DNA of 64,000 nt. Origin: Tubulanus polymorphus (taxonomy: Eukaryota > Animalia > Nemertea). Made by a program: the position numbers and the translations under genes. The stretch's first letter is position 1. The number at the start of each line of letters is the position of its first letter. The notes under the pieces were generated by a model. The model was not told where the DNA came from and did no database searches. It worked only from the letters and a program-made list of their open reading frames with translations. Positions 11,434 through 23,622 of the stretch are shown here, one piece after another. The DNA is taken from contig NC_134029.1 in the NCBI RefSeq assembly GCF_964204645.1, positions 18,346,950 through 18,410,949 of the forward strand, given 5' to 3'.

Positions 11434-14400
11434 TCAAGGACCAGTTTCTAAAAGCTCTTCGTCTCTCATTTTTCTAATCTTTGTCGACGCTTCTTCCATC
11501 GTTATCTTATTCTCTCTAAAAGAGTCCATTATCGCTGCGATATCTGCAGGAATAGGTGGCGCCGATTGTTTCAAATTGGCTGACGGGAATATATCGAATA
11601 GGAGATCACAAAAACAGTTGCCCAGTAACCTAGACGTAAAATCTAGGCTTGTTAGTCTCTGCCTGGTCGAGCTACAGTGTTGTAATCCACTTCCAGTTGT
11701 ACGGGTGGCTTTTTTGAATGAAATACCACATTCTGACTTTACCCTGCCGATTGCGATGTCCATTTCGCCCAAACGACAAATTTTGATATGGTCCACATGT
11801 TCAATCTCGCCGCTAGGGGGCAGTTGTTTAATCTGTGGAAAAACCAAAGAGCAGTTAAATATCACGTGACGCAGTCCCAGTGGGGTTATTACCGAGATGA
11901 TGTATTTTACCGAGATGAACCGAGATGAAATTAAATATAACATATTTATTTATTCCTTATCGATTTTAACACTTGAAATCATGTTATATCAGTAATAAAT
12001 ACCTCCTAGAGTCATATTTTACATATTTTTTTATTTAAAAAAATTTTGACTTCAAAAACGTAAACTCGGTTAGCAATAAAATTTCATTGAATTTGATTGA
12101 TCGACGATCTCATCTCGGTAAAGTTAAAAGTTATTTTTCCAAAAATATCCGACAAAATATGTAAAATATGAACCCAGCAGGCATTTATTACTGATATAAT
12201 AGGATTTCAATGGTTAAAATCGATATGGAATAAATAAATATGTTATATTTAATTTCATCTCGCTTCATCTCGGTAAAATACATCATCTCGGTAATAAGGA
12301 TGACCGGTCCCAGTGTTCTAATTGGTCCACGTAGACGTTATTTTGTTAACTAACAAATAGACACAAATTATATTAACATAGAAATTAATAACATAGACAC
12401 AAATGATAACTGCTTTGATTGGTCATAATAGACTTTCTGACCAATCTGGGACTATTGGCACTTGTAAAATTACCAATCAGGACAGTTGACGCAACTTGAA
12501 TTTACCCAGATATCAGCGGGTGAATATCCCCAAAACAGACTTCCGCCTTTCTTGATCAAGGCGACAAAACCATTAGCAACTCCTATAGCTATAGTGTATC
12601 GGGTGAGTAGTGACGGGTTATGAGTTGAGAGGTATGTAGCAAGGTTACACTGACACCTCTCAACTACTATCAACAATTCGTTATAGCTAGGCATTACATA
12701 GTTGAATATCTTCATCAAATTGTCATGTTCTATCGGACTCATTTCACTGAAATACAATAGAACGAATGCTCTTAGTGGAAAACAATAATGTTTTCGTACA
12801 TTTCGAACTCACAAATACAGCATTACACATTTACCGGGTTTTCTGAAGGTTTTCAATCGTCTGCCTCCAATTCATCGATTTCCGATTCCGGAGCGACGAA
12901 GCACCTGCGACGAAATCTTGTTGTTCGTTGTTGGTGAGGGGCAGTAAGCCCGTCGAGTTGAAGACTGGGGCCACAGTGGAATCGAGTGAATCAACCCTAG
13001 GAGCTGCCCTGAAAACCATTAAATACGACAAACTAGTGGGACCTTTCTAATTGCTCGGAGCCGACAAGATTATTGCTCGCAGGTCGCTCAAAGCAGGGAA
13101 GTGTGCACACTTCCCTGCTCAAAGTAACCGTAAACCGTCACGACACGCGATGAACCCCGCTCACTGATGTAGTGCCCCTAAGCTACTTGAACTGGGAGTG
13201 GGGATCTTAAAGGCGGACGTAGGTCGGCCTTATGACGCAACGTGACGATCGCGTTGCATCGCGAGGTCGACCTATGCCCGGCTATCTTTAGTGGATTCGA
13301 CCGATAGATAATGATCCATATCTGAATTCAGAAATTCAATTCAGAAATTGTCTCTGGTTACCTAGTGACGTCATCTTTCCGAAGGAGAAACGCCATCACT
13401 GATTGTGGGTTTTCCGAATTAACACGTTCAATATTGTAGGTACGAGGTTCGTCTCGGATCACTGGTCCTAACTGAAATTAAAGATCATTGAATTGAAAAA
13501 AAAACCACAAAAACTTTGTGTGGAGCTTTAGATAAATGGAAAACAAGATCAGTGTTAAGTGATAAGCGGGTTCGAGTCCTGCTGCTTACAGTGTGCGGGC
13601 AACATTTCAAAGGTCGGTTAATGAACAATCTGATTGTGTTAGAAACCAAGATCCGAACGACGTAAAGCACGATTAACAAACAAAACAGACGCCAAACAAA
13701 TACTTACAGTAACAGCCCCGAATATAATATAGTTAATACCAGCTTGCGCAAAGACCTCCATCTCAACCAAATGGTTTTCGTAAATTGTTGCCAAAACTGT
13801 TGTCGAAAGTCCAGACACCGGCGCGCTCTTCAGATACACCCGCCTTCAAATCATAGATAATGATTGAAATATTGACTCAATTTTTGATGACGTATTCGTG
13901 AGAAATACCTTTGTAAAAGTGAGTTGAATTCTTCGTGGGTTTCTGACAGCACCATACCGCACGCCTGACACAGTTGTTTACCGAGCTCGGGTAGAAATTC
14001 ATCAATAAATATAATCACCAGTTCATCAAGCATTGGTTCCAGCGCATTCAGCCAATACCCAGTAAAATTAGCTTGAACCCTGTTTATAAATGCAATTGAA
14101 TAGCCAAACTCATAGCCAGGAATTTCGTAGCTGATCAGTTCTTTTTTTTGACGGGGGGAAAGTTTCCACGAAAAAGGCATAAATCTAACCTTAAACCTAG
14201 CAGGACTGGTGACCTCCAGTATGACAATCACACACCCTAACCATCTAAATCTTCATTTACATTTATTTCCGATACACTCAGGTCAACCACTAAACCACTA
14301 GACCACAATACCGCTGGACTTAAGTGATTGGTGAACTTAGTACGTTATAGGCTGCGTTATAGTACGTTAGGTACGTTATAGTCAGTGTGGTGACTAATCA

Positions 14401-16515
14401 CCTGTGGTGACCAATTAGATTTGTGCTGACTCTTATTTACTAACAACATCCGCTATCACTCTGTCTGAGAAGATACAAGAAGTTCATAATTTTAATCATA
14501 ATTACCTTTTTAGCATAGCTCTCATCGGTTCGGAATAAACTTGTTTTTGAAAGAATTTCTCGACCGTTTCCCAAACGGCGTGTAGACATTTCTCTTTGAA
14601 TTTCTGTAGCGGTAATACCTTCAGCAGCGAGCCGTAACTGGATGCGAACTCAACTCCCGGTAAGTGTCCAAAACCCCCGCAGCTTTTAACTATACCTTTT
14701 AAAGTAGATTGTAGCATAACTCGCGTGCTCCGTTTGAAGAAACCTTGCAACGTGTCCATTACTGACACATACATCAGTGAAATGTTGTTCGCAGAGTCAC
14801 AAGGTCCCGCACGCCATTTTTTGGTTTTTCTCACGAGTTCCGGATCCAATCTTGACAAATTCAACATGATGTCCAAATTTGTAAGTTTGTTATGTCCCGG
14901 ACAACGCATGGCCAGCTTCTTGAGCGCATCTTGTAAAATCCACATAACCGGACAGTGCTCGTTGAATATCGCGAGAGCCTCCGATATCTTATGCCGAACA
15001 TTTTCTTCCATGTTTTCCGAAGCATAGATATACGCGGCCAAGTTCGAAGTCTCTTCGTGAACGAAATTCGAACATCGATGCAAAAGAAACATGGCATCCT
15101 CGTATATACACTTAGTCTGCTCGGAAATATTTTCCACCAAGATGGCGACTGTATTTTCAACCATGCGATCGTATTGGCTGATAAACCATACGTGTCTCTC
15201 AGCGCCACCTATAGGTTTTTTCTTTCTCTTGACTCGTCTGTAGTTTAACGCCGAAACGCAACTGCACCATCTCGATTCACCCAGTTTCAAATCGTCTGCC
15301 CCCTCACCAGCCTCGTTTGGGATATATCTCAAATCGTCTTTCATTTGTTTATACAAAAGTTCGAGGTCGTTTTGTAGTGTTTTGAATTTTGATTTGTGTT
15401 CTGCATCAACGTCACAGCCCTCGGGTGAATCCATTTCGACGTTTTCACGAGAAATATCGCATTTCGAAAAGACGAATTTTACTCTGATTTTCAACTCGTT
15501 CAGCAGCCATTCTATCATTACACGGTCCTGAAATGAAAAATTTTACACCTTGATTTTAGAATCTAAAGGAATCCGAATACACATCAATCAAAGGTGTATC
15601 CAGCGGGGGTCGGTGTCAGGGTGCCCTTAAAACTTTCAGTCCCCAATTCTTTTTCAAATTCAAATATTTCAGCATCCATTTTCATGGGTGTTAGTTTAAT
15701 TCGATTTTCTGATAGAATGAATCCATATTCAATCAGTCAAAACCTCAACTGACAAGTGGGACCTAGTGCGATTAGGAGTCCAGACCTACCCGTAGTGACA
15801 TTCTCCTGACTCCGTCAATCACATACACAATAAGAGGGCGGGCCACGTGATCGGTGGCCTTGCTAACCAAACTCTTCACCAGATTATCCAATCCATCGTC
15901 TTCCGATAATCCGGGAGTGTCGATAATCTGAATACCAGTTTTGAGAACTTCGTTATCGATAAAAACGTCCAGAATGAGATTAACATTTTTCTGGGTTGGT
16001 GTACTGAGGTCTGCTGGTCGGACGCACGCGTGGTCTATTTTCAGTTTCCTCAACTCGGTCCTAGTGACGGGGATGATCTCATCAGTACCATCAATATCAG
16101 ACAATACTAGCTGATAAAACGGCTTCTGATCGGTGTAATTCAACCTCGTGATGCGTGCCGTGCAGGGCAGCTCCTTTGACGGAAGTAAGTTTCTTGTTCC
16201 CAGAATTGTGTTAATCAAAGTACTTTTTCCGCTGTTTAGAGCACCCATGAATATGACCGACGGTTTCGAGCGGCCGGATTCGGCACCGGTTTTGTAACCG
16301 GTTAACTTCGTTTCCTCGCTCGCCGTGCACAGGCGGCTAATCAGAGCCTGGTTGTCGCGACGAGGATTTGAAGATAACGCCGTTTTAAACTTGCTCCAAA
16401 TTCCCAACGTGTCCGATACAAATTCTATTGAAGCGTCGCGTTTACGCAAATGATCCAATATTCGCGACCAAGCGAATAAATCCCGGTCCTTCTTTGAATC
16501 ATCAGTGTCTTCCAT
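11434..16515 (-). CDS. Dynamin-like GTPase fused to degenerate kinase domain (DSTYK-like architecture), ~8 exons, ~1000 aa
   Basis: Exon 1 has G1 GALNSGKST, LLPSKELPCTARI, G3 DTPG; exon 2 has G4-like FSKCD; phase-consistent exons ~15789-16515, 14505-15527, 13909-14197, 13741-13844, 13362-13467, 12834-13008, 12486-12747, 11434-11833; C-terminal HDNLMKIF..LIVVERCQCNLATYL..TRYTIAIGVANG is kinase-like. Confidence 0.75.
11886..12297. mobile_element. Foldback MITE with long TIRs (intron of GTPase-kinase gene)
   Basis: TTATTACCGAGATGATGTATTTTACCGAGATGAA... is mirrored for about 150 bp at the right end (...CATCATCTCGGTAATAA). Confidence 0.8.
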
Positions 16516-18784
16516 CTCTCGAATCCCGACGGGTATAGTACCGATGTTAATGACACTGGGTTAGATCTCGACTCATTTACGAACCCGAAATATATGTTGA
16601 GATCGATCTAACTGATCCTAGCTTATGCACGTCAGGACTATAAAACTGGCCCCCGAAGCGGCACCGTTGTGCTGATTACTGGTAGCAGTCTATACGAAGT
16701 GTATTATATATATACGACAAACCCACAATATCAACGAACAACATATAATGTGGGTTTTTATGTATATTCATACACGTGATGTAGAAAGATTCCATTTATA
16801 CTGCGTTGGTTTCCTATGTACTGTTTAGTATATACAGACTGATACTCTAATTACACGAAACAAAAATTATATGGGACATTAACACGATAGACCTAGTCTA
16901 CGATTACTGAAATCGTCTCTATTTAGAGTCCCAACTGTTATTACCGTTGTTACATCAGTCGTTTCGATGTCAGCATACTTCTAGTTCTCCAACTGAGAGC
17001 TTGTTCTGAACTCTGCCTTAACATTCAAAATCTGGGCCTATTCATACAAATCTATCATCCTGGTGTCAAATTACGATTCACTACTTCCATGAAAGATGAT
17101 TTATGATACGGAATTTAGTAATATTTATGACCATCATATTTTGTGAAAATGATTTATGATAGGGACGTTTAGTTGACTTTCAACGTTAACTTGAAGGTGA
17201 AATTCAGGCTTGCTCACCACATACCGCTATCAATTTGGCTAAACTGCATCTAAGTTAGATTCTCGTTTGAGAAAACGCTGGAAGAATAAACTGTCGAAGG
17301 CGTAGCCATTGACGATAGACGGATGCAATTCAAAGCCATTATTTGAAGCTTACAATATTCTTTGTTTGCATCAAGTGAAAACTCAATTTTCAGAAATCTA
17401 ACACAATATACTCAGATTTTGTGAAAGTTTATTATAACTGAATTGAATATAGATATTCGTTGTATAAGAATTGATTGTAAATGCTGAAATATAGTATAGC
17501 AAAAAATCTGAACAGGGTGGACAATGTTTGCAGAATGTCAACTCTCTCTAGTGAGGATGATATCACAATGAATTACGTATCTGTTAGTTCAACTCATCAT
17601 TCCCAGTACACGCACGCATTGATTCATTTTAGTTATTTTCCCATTTTTCTGTGCAATATAAACAACGAAACTTGATGGATAATTTTAATCGTCCGAAGTG
17701 ATATGTTTTTTGGAGATGTAAAAATGCGATTTACTGAATGTCACTGTAACCAGTCCACAGCAAGAAATCCATCTTGATATCGATATTCGACTGAATTAGA
17801 TTGTGCTTTATTTCAGCAGATTCTTATGTCGAATCTACTTTCAAATTCTGGTATCACAAAACAGCTGTGTTTGAATATTGATATTGTCAGTAAATTTATT
17901 CAAAAATTAATCGGTTGACAGGGAATGACTATGGAATAAAAGCCACTGGCCCGTGGGGCAAGCATATCTGAAATTTTGCTTGCCCCCTAAAATTCTGCCC
18001 TAATGAGAATATACTTTTCATTTTGAATGTTATTTGGATAGTAATTGAGTGATCACGGCAAATATGTTTAAAAAAATCTAAGAAGCCAGGTTATACCGAG
18101 ATTCGAATTCGGCCCACTAGACGTATCGGCCCCACTCCGCGCGGTTCCGCCACCGTGCGGGATTTACGCGAAGCAGCAAACACAAACATGGCCACTCTCT
18201 CTCATTTTCAATGATAGAAATCGTGTGTGCATTTCAATTATTTCGGCTGTTAGGATTTTAAGGCACAATATAAGTTGATGATGTGATATGGCGATGTTAA
18301 TTAATGATAATTCCGCAGTGAAGCTAGTCACGAACGGTGCCGATTGAGTGTACAGCTGCCAAAAACACTGAAATGTGCGTAGTTGCGTAACTATTTGCAG
18401 TGAATTGCAGACGAAACATGAAGCTTTAACGGCCGTTTAAAAAAAAATTATACCAATTGCAATTGTAAAATAAAAATGAGATAGAACCTAAGTTAAAATT
18501 CTGGCCATTTCTAAAATGTTATTACTAATTTTTAGTCAGTGCCGAACGTTTAGTTTTCCAACAGTAATGAGGGGTGGTAGGTAGTCATGCAATTCAAGTC
18601 ATCATTTATTACACGTTACTTCCGTGTTGTTGAAAATCTCGCGAGTCCTGGACCAAACCCTATTGAACAATGTGATCTGTGAGCTGGCCACAAATGCACA
18701 CAGATCACACTACACTACCCATTACAAACTCCAGTACCCACAGCTTTCATATATCCATCCAAATATTTAGAGTGTCTTTCTTCT

Positions 18785-18826
18785 TGGGTTCAGAGTCCAA
18801 TGTGCTAACCACTACACCATAGAACC
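18785..18826 (-). pseudogene. 5'-half tRNA-Gln(CTG) fragment / tRNA-derived SINE head
   Basis: Minus strand GGTTCTATGGTGTAGTGGTTAGCACATTGGACTCTGAACCCA matches the tRNA-Gln 5' half through the CTG anticodon arm; T-arm and 3' acceptor strand missing. Confidence 0.7.
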
Positions 18827-19230
18827 GATCGATGTGATAAATCTTCAGAGCACTGTTTATTGTCAGTTTGAACTGGTCAGCGCGAGGGTCAATGTCCCTC
18901 TAGTCTTAACCATGGATTAACTTGTTTGGTAATATTTCAATATTACGGTGTATTTCAAGTCTAGTTTATATCATTATGTCTAACCCTTGAAGGTAAACAT
19001 TACAAGCGCTCACCAGGGGCGCTTACCTTCTTCTGGTTGACTTCTATGAAAAGTTTTAAAGTTGCTGGTTAAAAGTAAATTCTGAACCAATAGCAGTTAA
19101 ACTGAAAAAATCGTAGTTTAACTGGACTGGGCAGCCATCTTTAATTTCATCGTCCTTTACAATGAAATGCTAGATGTATAATACAAATCAGTAGATTACT
19201 ATATCTACATGTAGTAACAAAAACTTGAAA

Positions 19231-19396
19231 GAGTGAAAACTCGTTACAGCGAACGAGAAAATATGTTCGTTATAACCGATAGTTCGTTATATCCAGTATG
19301 GAATTTGTCAAATTGTTTAACTTGGGACAAAATTCTATATTTGTTATATCCAATGAATCGTTGTATCAGAGTTTGTTGTTACGAGGTTCCACTGTA
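19231..19396. mobile_element. Tc1/pogo-type MITE
   Basis: Ends ...GTTACGAGGTTCCACTGTA, decayed left end GAGTGAAAACTCGTTACA; homolog of 7014-7160. Confidence 0.55.
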
Positions 19397-20619
19397 TCAA
19401 ACACATAATATTTTTTTCAATGACAATTCAAATTTTTGATACGTATGAATAACCGATATCAGTTTATTTGACAGTACAATTTAAAGAAGATTATTTAGTG
19501 ATGCTGTGGTAAAAAATGGTACTGCAATTTACGAATTTTCTTTTTTCACCACGGTATCATCAATTAGGTAAAAGCTGTAACGAGATTTCAATAGCTCTGT
19601 GTCATTATCAATTTCATATTAAGTTACATAATCAACAAATAAATTCTGTACGATTGCAGAATGTGATACGTCTCAGATCGAAATTTCAATAGATTTTGAA
19701 TGTACTTTTCATAAAATTCAGTCAGTAATCGTACTCGAGGTGCGGCGTAATTGTACGGCGTCTTTTAAATGTTGAACGGTCCACGCCGACTGCTAACTTT
19801 ATATACGAAATAGATATAGTAAGAAAACAACAAAACTTTATAAAAGTTTTATAATTTGAGAATTTATTGGCGGTATATACCGTTTGAACAGCTGGATTGT
19901 TTACCGGTATAGGGGGCGTTAGTTGCAGCGTGTGGACTCCAAAAATAGTACCTTAAATGAAAAAGGGATCCTCCATAAATGTTACCATAATTCTGCAAAT
20001 GGGATAAGTGACGAATTTCGTTTACAAATGTATGCCAGGTCCCGAGAAACAGATTAATGATGAAACAGGGGATTCCCTGGACTTTCGCCTGGAGTAAGGG
20101 TAGCAAACACGGCGGGGGATTCCATTCAGCTCGGATGGGATACCCCTCCATTCTAAAGGTTAGATTATTTCCAAAGTTACGTTGGGTATGTGGGACGAAA
20201 ACCACTTCAATGCTTAGCTAATTTGGTGGCCCAGCAGCCATAAACGTGATTTCCCCTGGATTTACGCGTTTAAATTTGAATTTTAACGCTCGAATCTCTT
20301 TCTTTCTGGAAATAGTTCGGACAAACATCATCCTTGTCCTTCCTTATGATGAAAATATCAAATTTGATTTTCATGTATTTTTCGAGCGCAATTTTGTCGT
20401 TAATCGTGACGGTTTGTTTGAATGGGAAAAAAATTGAGCTGCAAAGTCTCTTTTTCTCGGTGAAGGCATTGCGAGAATGCTTCCTTAGGGGTCCGCATTT
20501 TACTGGAAAGTACTTCTGTCTTTCGGAGTCAAAAAGTCCTTGCTTTGCGTCTAAAATTGCATAAAAAACTTTCCCCTTATGTATTTCTTTTTATCCTGGC
20601 CTTACCACTTGAAATTGTC

Positions 20620-22334
20620 CATACTCTCGGAGAGTCTGTCCATATTTAGTGTTAGTTGCATCGTACGCAAAAAATTGACACATGAATCCAAGACAGTAGA
20701 AACTGACGAAACGCTATTGAAAATGACGATGTTCGTTATTGATGTAATTTCATTTAAGGGAATTTCGTTACGGATATGAACTTCGAAAGCGTTCCCGGTG
20801 ACTCCAAAATCAGAAACACAACCACCAGACCTGTGACCATGTTAATCTTTTTCTCGAGACTAGTCAGTGATTTAGTCGAATGAATATTCGACCTGGCTTT
20901 TGATTTGATTGATACCACACTGAGATAGTAACATATTGATAAACAGTATGGAATACTGGCATCAGGATGTATAGAATTGGATTCACAACGTTATTCAAAA
21001 CTCTGTCTGTAGCCGGCAATGCTCTCAAAGTCGGGACACATCGGTATTTCGTAGCCGTTCCAATTCTACCAGTGAAGAATTCAAACGAATTTAAAACGAT
21101 AGAGCTTATAGTAAGACACAACAGTATCAGGTCAATTTGAGAATTCCTCCTGTTGGTTACTTTGAATTAAAAACATATTGTTATCAGGCGTTCGAGGGGT
21201 ATGATTACGTTCAGCCAATTCCGTATAGATAGAGCACTTTCGCTGGAAAGACCAGACCAAGGAAAATGCGAGGCATCATCGAAAAATTACCGACTTGAAA
21301 GATCACGTGGCCGAGCACATTTCTACCGATGATATGACGAACTGGGCCTTGAAAAAATCCGACAAAAAACGAAGAATCTACAACAGCCAGATATTTGAGC
21401 AGATGATAGTGTTATGCGGCCCGAAGAAGGAACCGAAATATCGTGGGAGAGCGTATCCTTCCTCAGCTCCGCACAACGACACAAATTGAATTTGACCCGA
21501 GACCAAAAATAAATAAACGACTAAGATGTAAATACTTCGAATTCTAAATACTCACAACTATTTATTATGTTACTTTCGTCTTTCCTATTTATCGACACCT
21601 TTTACAATTTCGGGTTCTAGTTCCTTCCCCTCTTGGTTTCCCAGGTGCTCTCCGACTAGTTCAGCTATGTCTCTTATTTTTATACTATCCAAAATTTGGT
21701 TTCCAAGGAACTATTCTCGTGACCAACGCCACCGCATTTGGGGAGGGCCGACGACTAACCTCGGGACCTGATTCGCCCATCAGGCCCCCAAGAATTAATG
21801 TTCTTAGCAACCTGGTTAAGAAACAAGCCCGGAGTTGTCTCGGTTTCCAAACACGTAGACGTTGACACTTGACTATCCCCTTAGGATTTTTCTATTGTCT
21901 TGAAAACTAACTCCAAAATATTTCTTATTAATCCGACACATAAACTGAACTAGTAACAAAGGCAAACAACATTAAATGACCGCAAAGCCAAAACTTGCCC
22001 GTTTATGAATTCCTAGTAAACAATAACAAATATACAATGAAAAACCCATTAGTAAAACATGCCCGTTCTGGATTTCCTAGTGAATAGAGTTGTATGCATT
22101 ATGAACATACAACTGCTATTGAACTATGCATGTTTTATAAATATAAAAATTGGCTATCATAACAATAGCAGTGGTTGTCGGGTTTCTGTTTGTAGAAAAC
22201 TATAAAAATAATCCATTCAACACGATGCCCATAGCAAGTAGGGGAAGTGCAGCGTAAACCTCGACATAATATCTGATAACTGAAGGTAGTTTGGTGTAAA
22301 TTGCGCACCGCTCAGCCTTCGATAGGTTGGCCAT
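20620..22334 (-). pseudogene. GPCR paralog pseudogene disrupted by solo LTR and indels
   Basis: Minus strand begins MANLSKAERC..YTKLPSVIRYYVEVY (22334) and resumes below 21409 with homology to the intact copies (IGTATKYRCVP...NNVVNPIL). Confidence 0.85.
21410..22164. mobile_element. Solo LTR (Ty3/Gypsy-type), 755 bp
   Basis: Starts TGTTATG, ends CATAACA (7-bp inverted termini), 4-bp TSD ATAG at 21406-21409 and 22165-22168; splits the GPCR sequence cleanly. Confidence 0.85.
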
Positions 22335-23199
22335 GTCCATCATTGCAGAAAACCGCAACTACATAAATGTCCACAACTATCGATGCCGAGACAAAGCAAA
22401 TGACTGTGATAAGTGGCTGTAAGTGTGGTCGAATCAATGATCATACATAAACAAGTTATAGATTACTTGTACTGCTTTTTACACTGATTACATGATTCTT
22501 GTGCATTTATATCTAGACTTTTCGCTCTTTATTATCCATATCATAGCCACTGGCAACGATTGCTGAAATCAACATCGCCACTTCGGAATGAGATTCTTGA
22601 AAAAAATCTATGAAAATTCGTACGGAAAAGATAAGTGTAAAACGGTGCATTTTTGAATATAATATCCTTGGATATGGTAACTGCTTCACTTTTTAGTTAC
22701 TTCACTTTTCATAAAAAAATCAGAAAAACCTTTAAATACGATAGAATGTCTTGAACATTTTGAATAAATTATTGCTAACATTTTCAGCATCCGTCGGAGT
22801 AATACCCCCATCAATTATTCGGAATACAGGGTGCAAATATGAAAGTTTTATATCCGTCGGTCCATCGTATAGGCAACCTTTTTCTGAACGGATTTGATCG
22901 TTGCAAATAGTCTTATTTATCATAGGTCTGTTGCTCAAAACTTTCCTAAAGATAATTGATAGGTTTTTGGATGAATAATGTGATAAGAATGCTACAGACT
23001 ATCCGTTGGTTTACAATAACAATAACAATAGGCGTATAAAATGTGTTGTAAAGGGATTAAGATTTGAACCCAAGTTTAGATTACGGGGTATTAGTGCGAA
23101 GGTGTATGAACGTGCCGGTATTCCATACGCTGGTAGTAAATCGGTTCTTCATTTTGACGTGATTTGAAAACCCACCGACTGTGCACGGCGGGTGATATG

Positions 23200-23340
23200 G
23201 TTTACTGGACGACCGGAGGACTGGACGACTGATCGACTGGTTGACTGGATGACTGGTCGACTAGGGATGATTGGATGTCTGGTTGACTGGGCGACTGGAT
23301 GAATGGTCGACTGGTTTACTGGCCAACTGGTCTACACTTG
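23200..23340 (+). repeat. Degenerate (GACTG/ACTGGTCG)n minisatellite within a block duplicated at ~27780-28100
   Basis: Repeated ACTGG-containing units; flanking CCCAGATTTG...GCAAGATCTACTGAAA...GAAATCTAATACTAATTGGATC is shared by both loci. Confidence 0.7.
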
Positions 23341-23622
23341 GGCCCAGATTTGTTGTATGCTCTAATGCAAGATCTACTGAAAAAGAGATATTCGTGAAAA
23401 ATATACAAAACCCTTAAATTCTACCACGAATAATTAAAATTGCAGATCCTACTTCAGTTGATACTAATAGTTAATTGGTGGTCAGAAATCTAATACTAAT
23501 TGGATCTTTTTAAATGAATGATTGGATCGAAGAAAACCGCGGTTTGTAGCTCAAAATATTCAACATTGCATTTATGACACTTTGCGAGTAGCAATCGCCG
23601 ATTTATCGCCGTTTTCCTTGTT

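Noticed and set aside
11834-11943. N-terminal part of ORF 11434-11943
   Set aside because: Intron and MITE sequence upstream of the acceptor at ~11834.
13212-13282. Small imperfect palindrome in an intron as structured ncRNA
   Set aside because: More simply a tiny MITE remnant; no family-defining motif.
13845-13908. Apparent frameshift between ORFs 13851-14231 and 13639-13839
   Set aside because: Explained by a ~64-nt GT-AG phase-2 intron.
22732-22938. Short minus-strand ORF between GPCR copies
   Set aside because: No recognisable motif or splice context.
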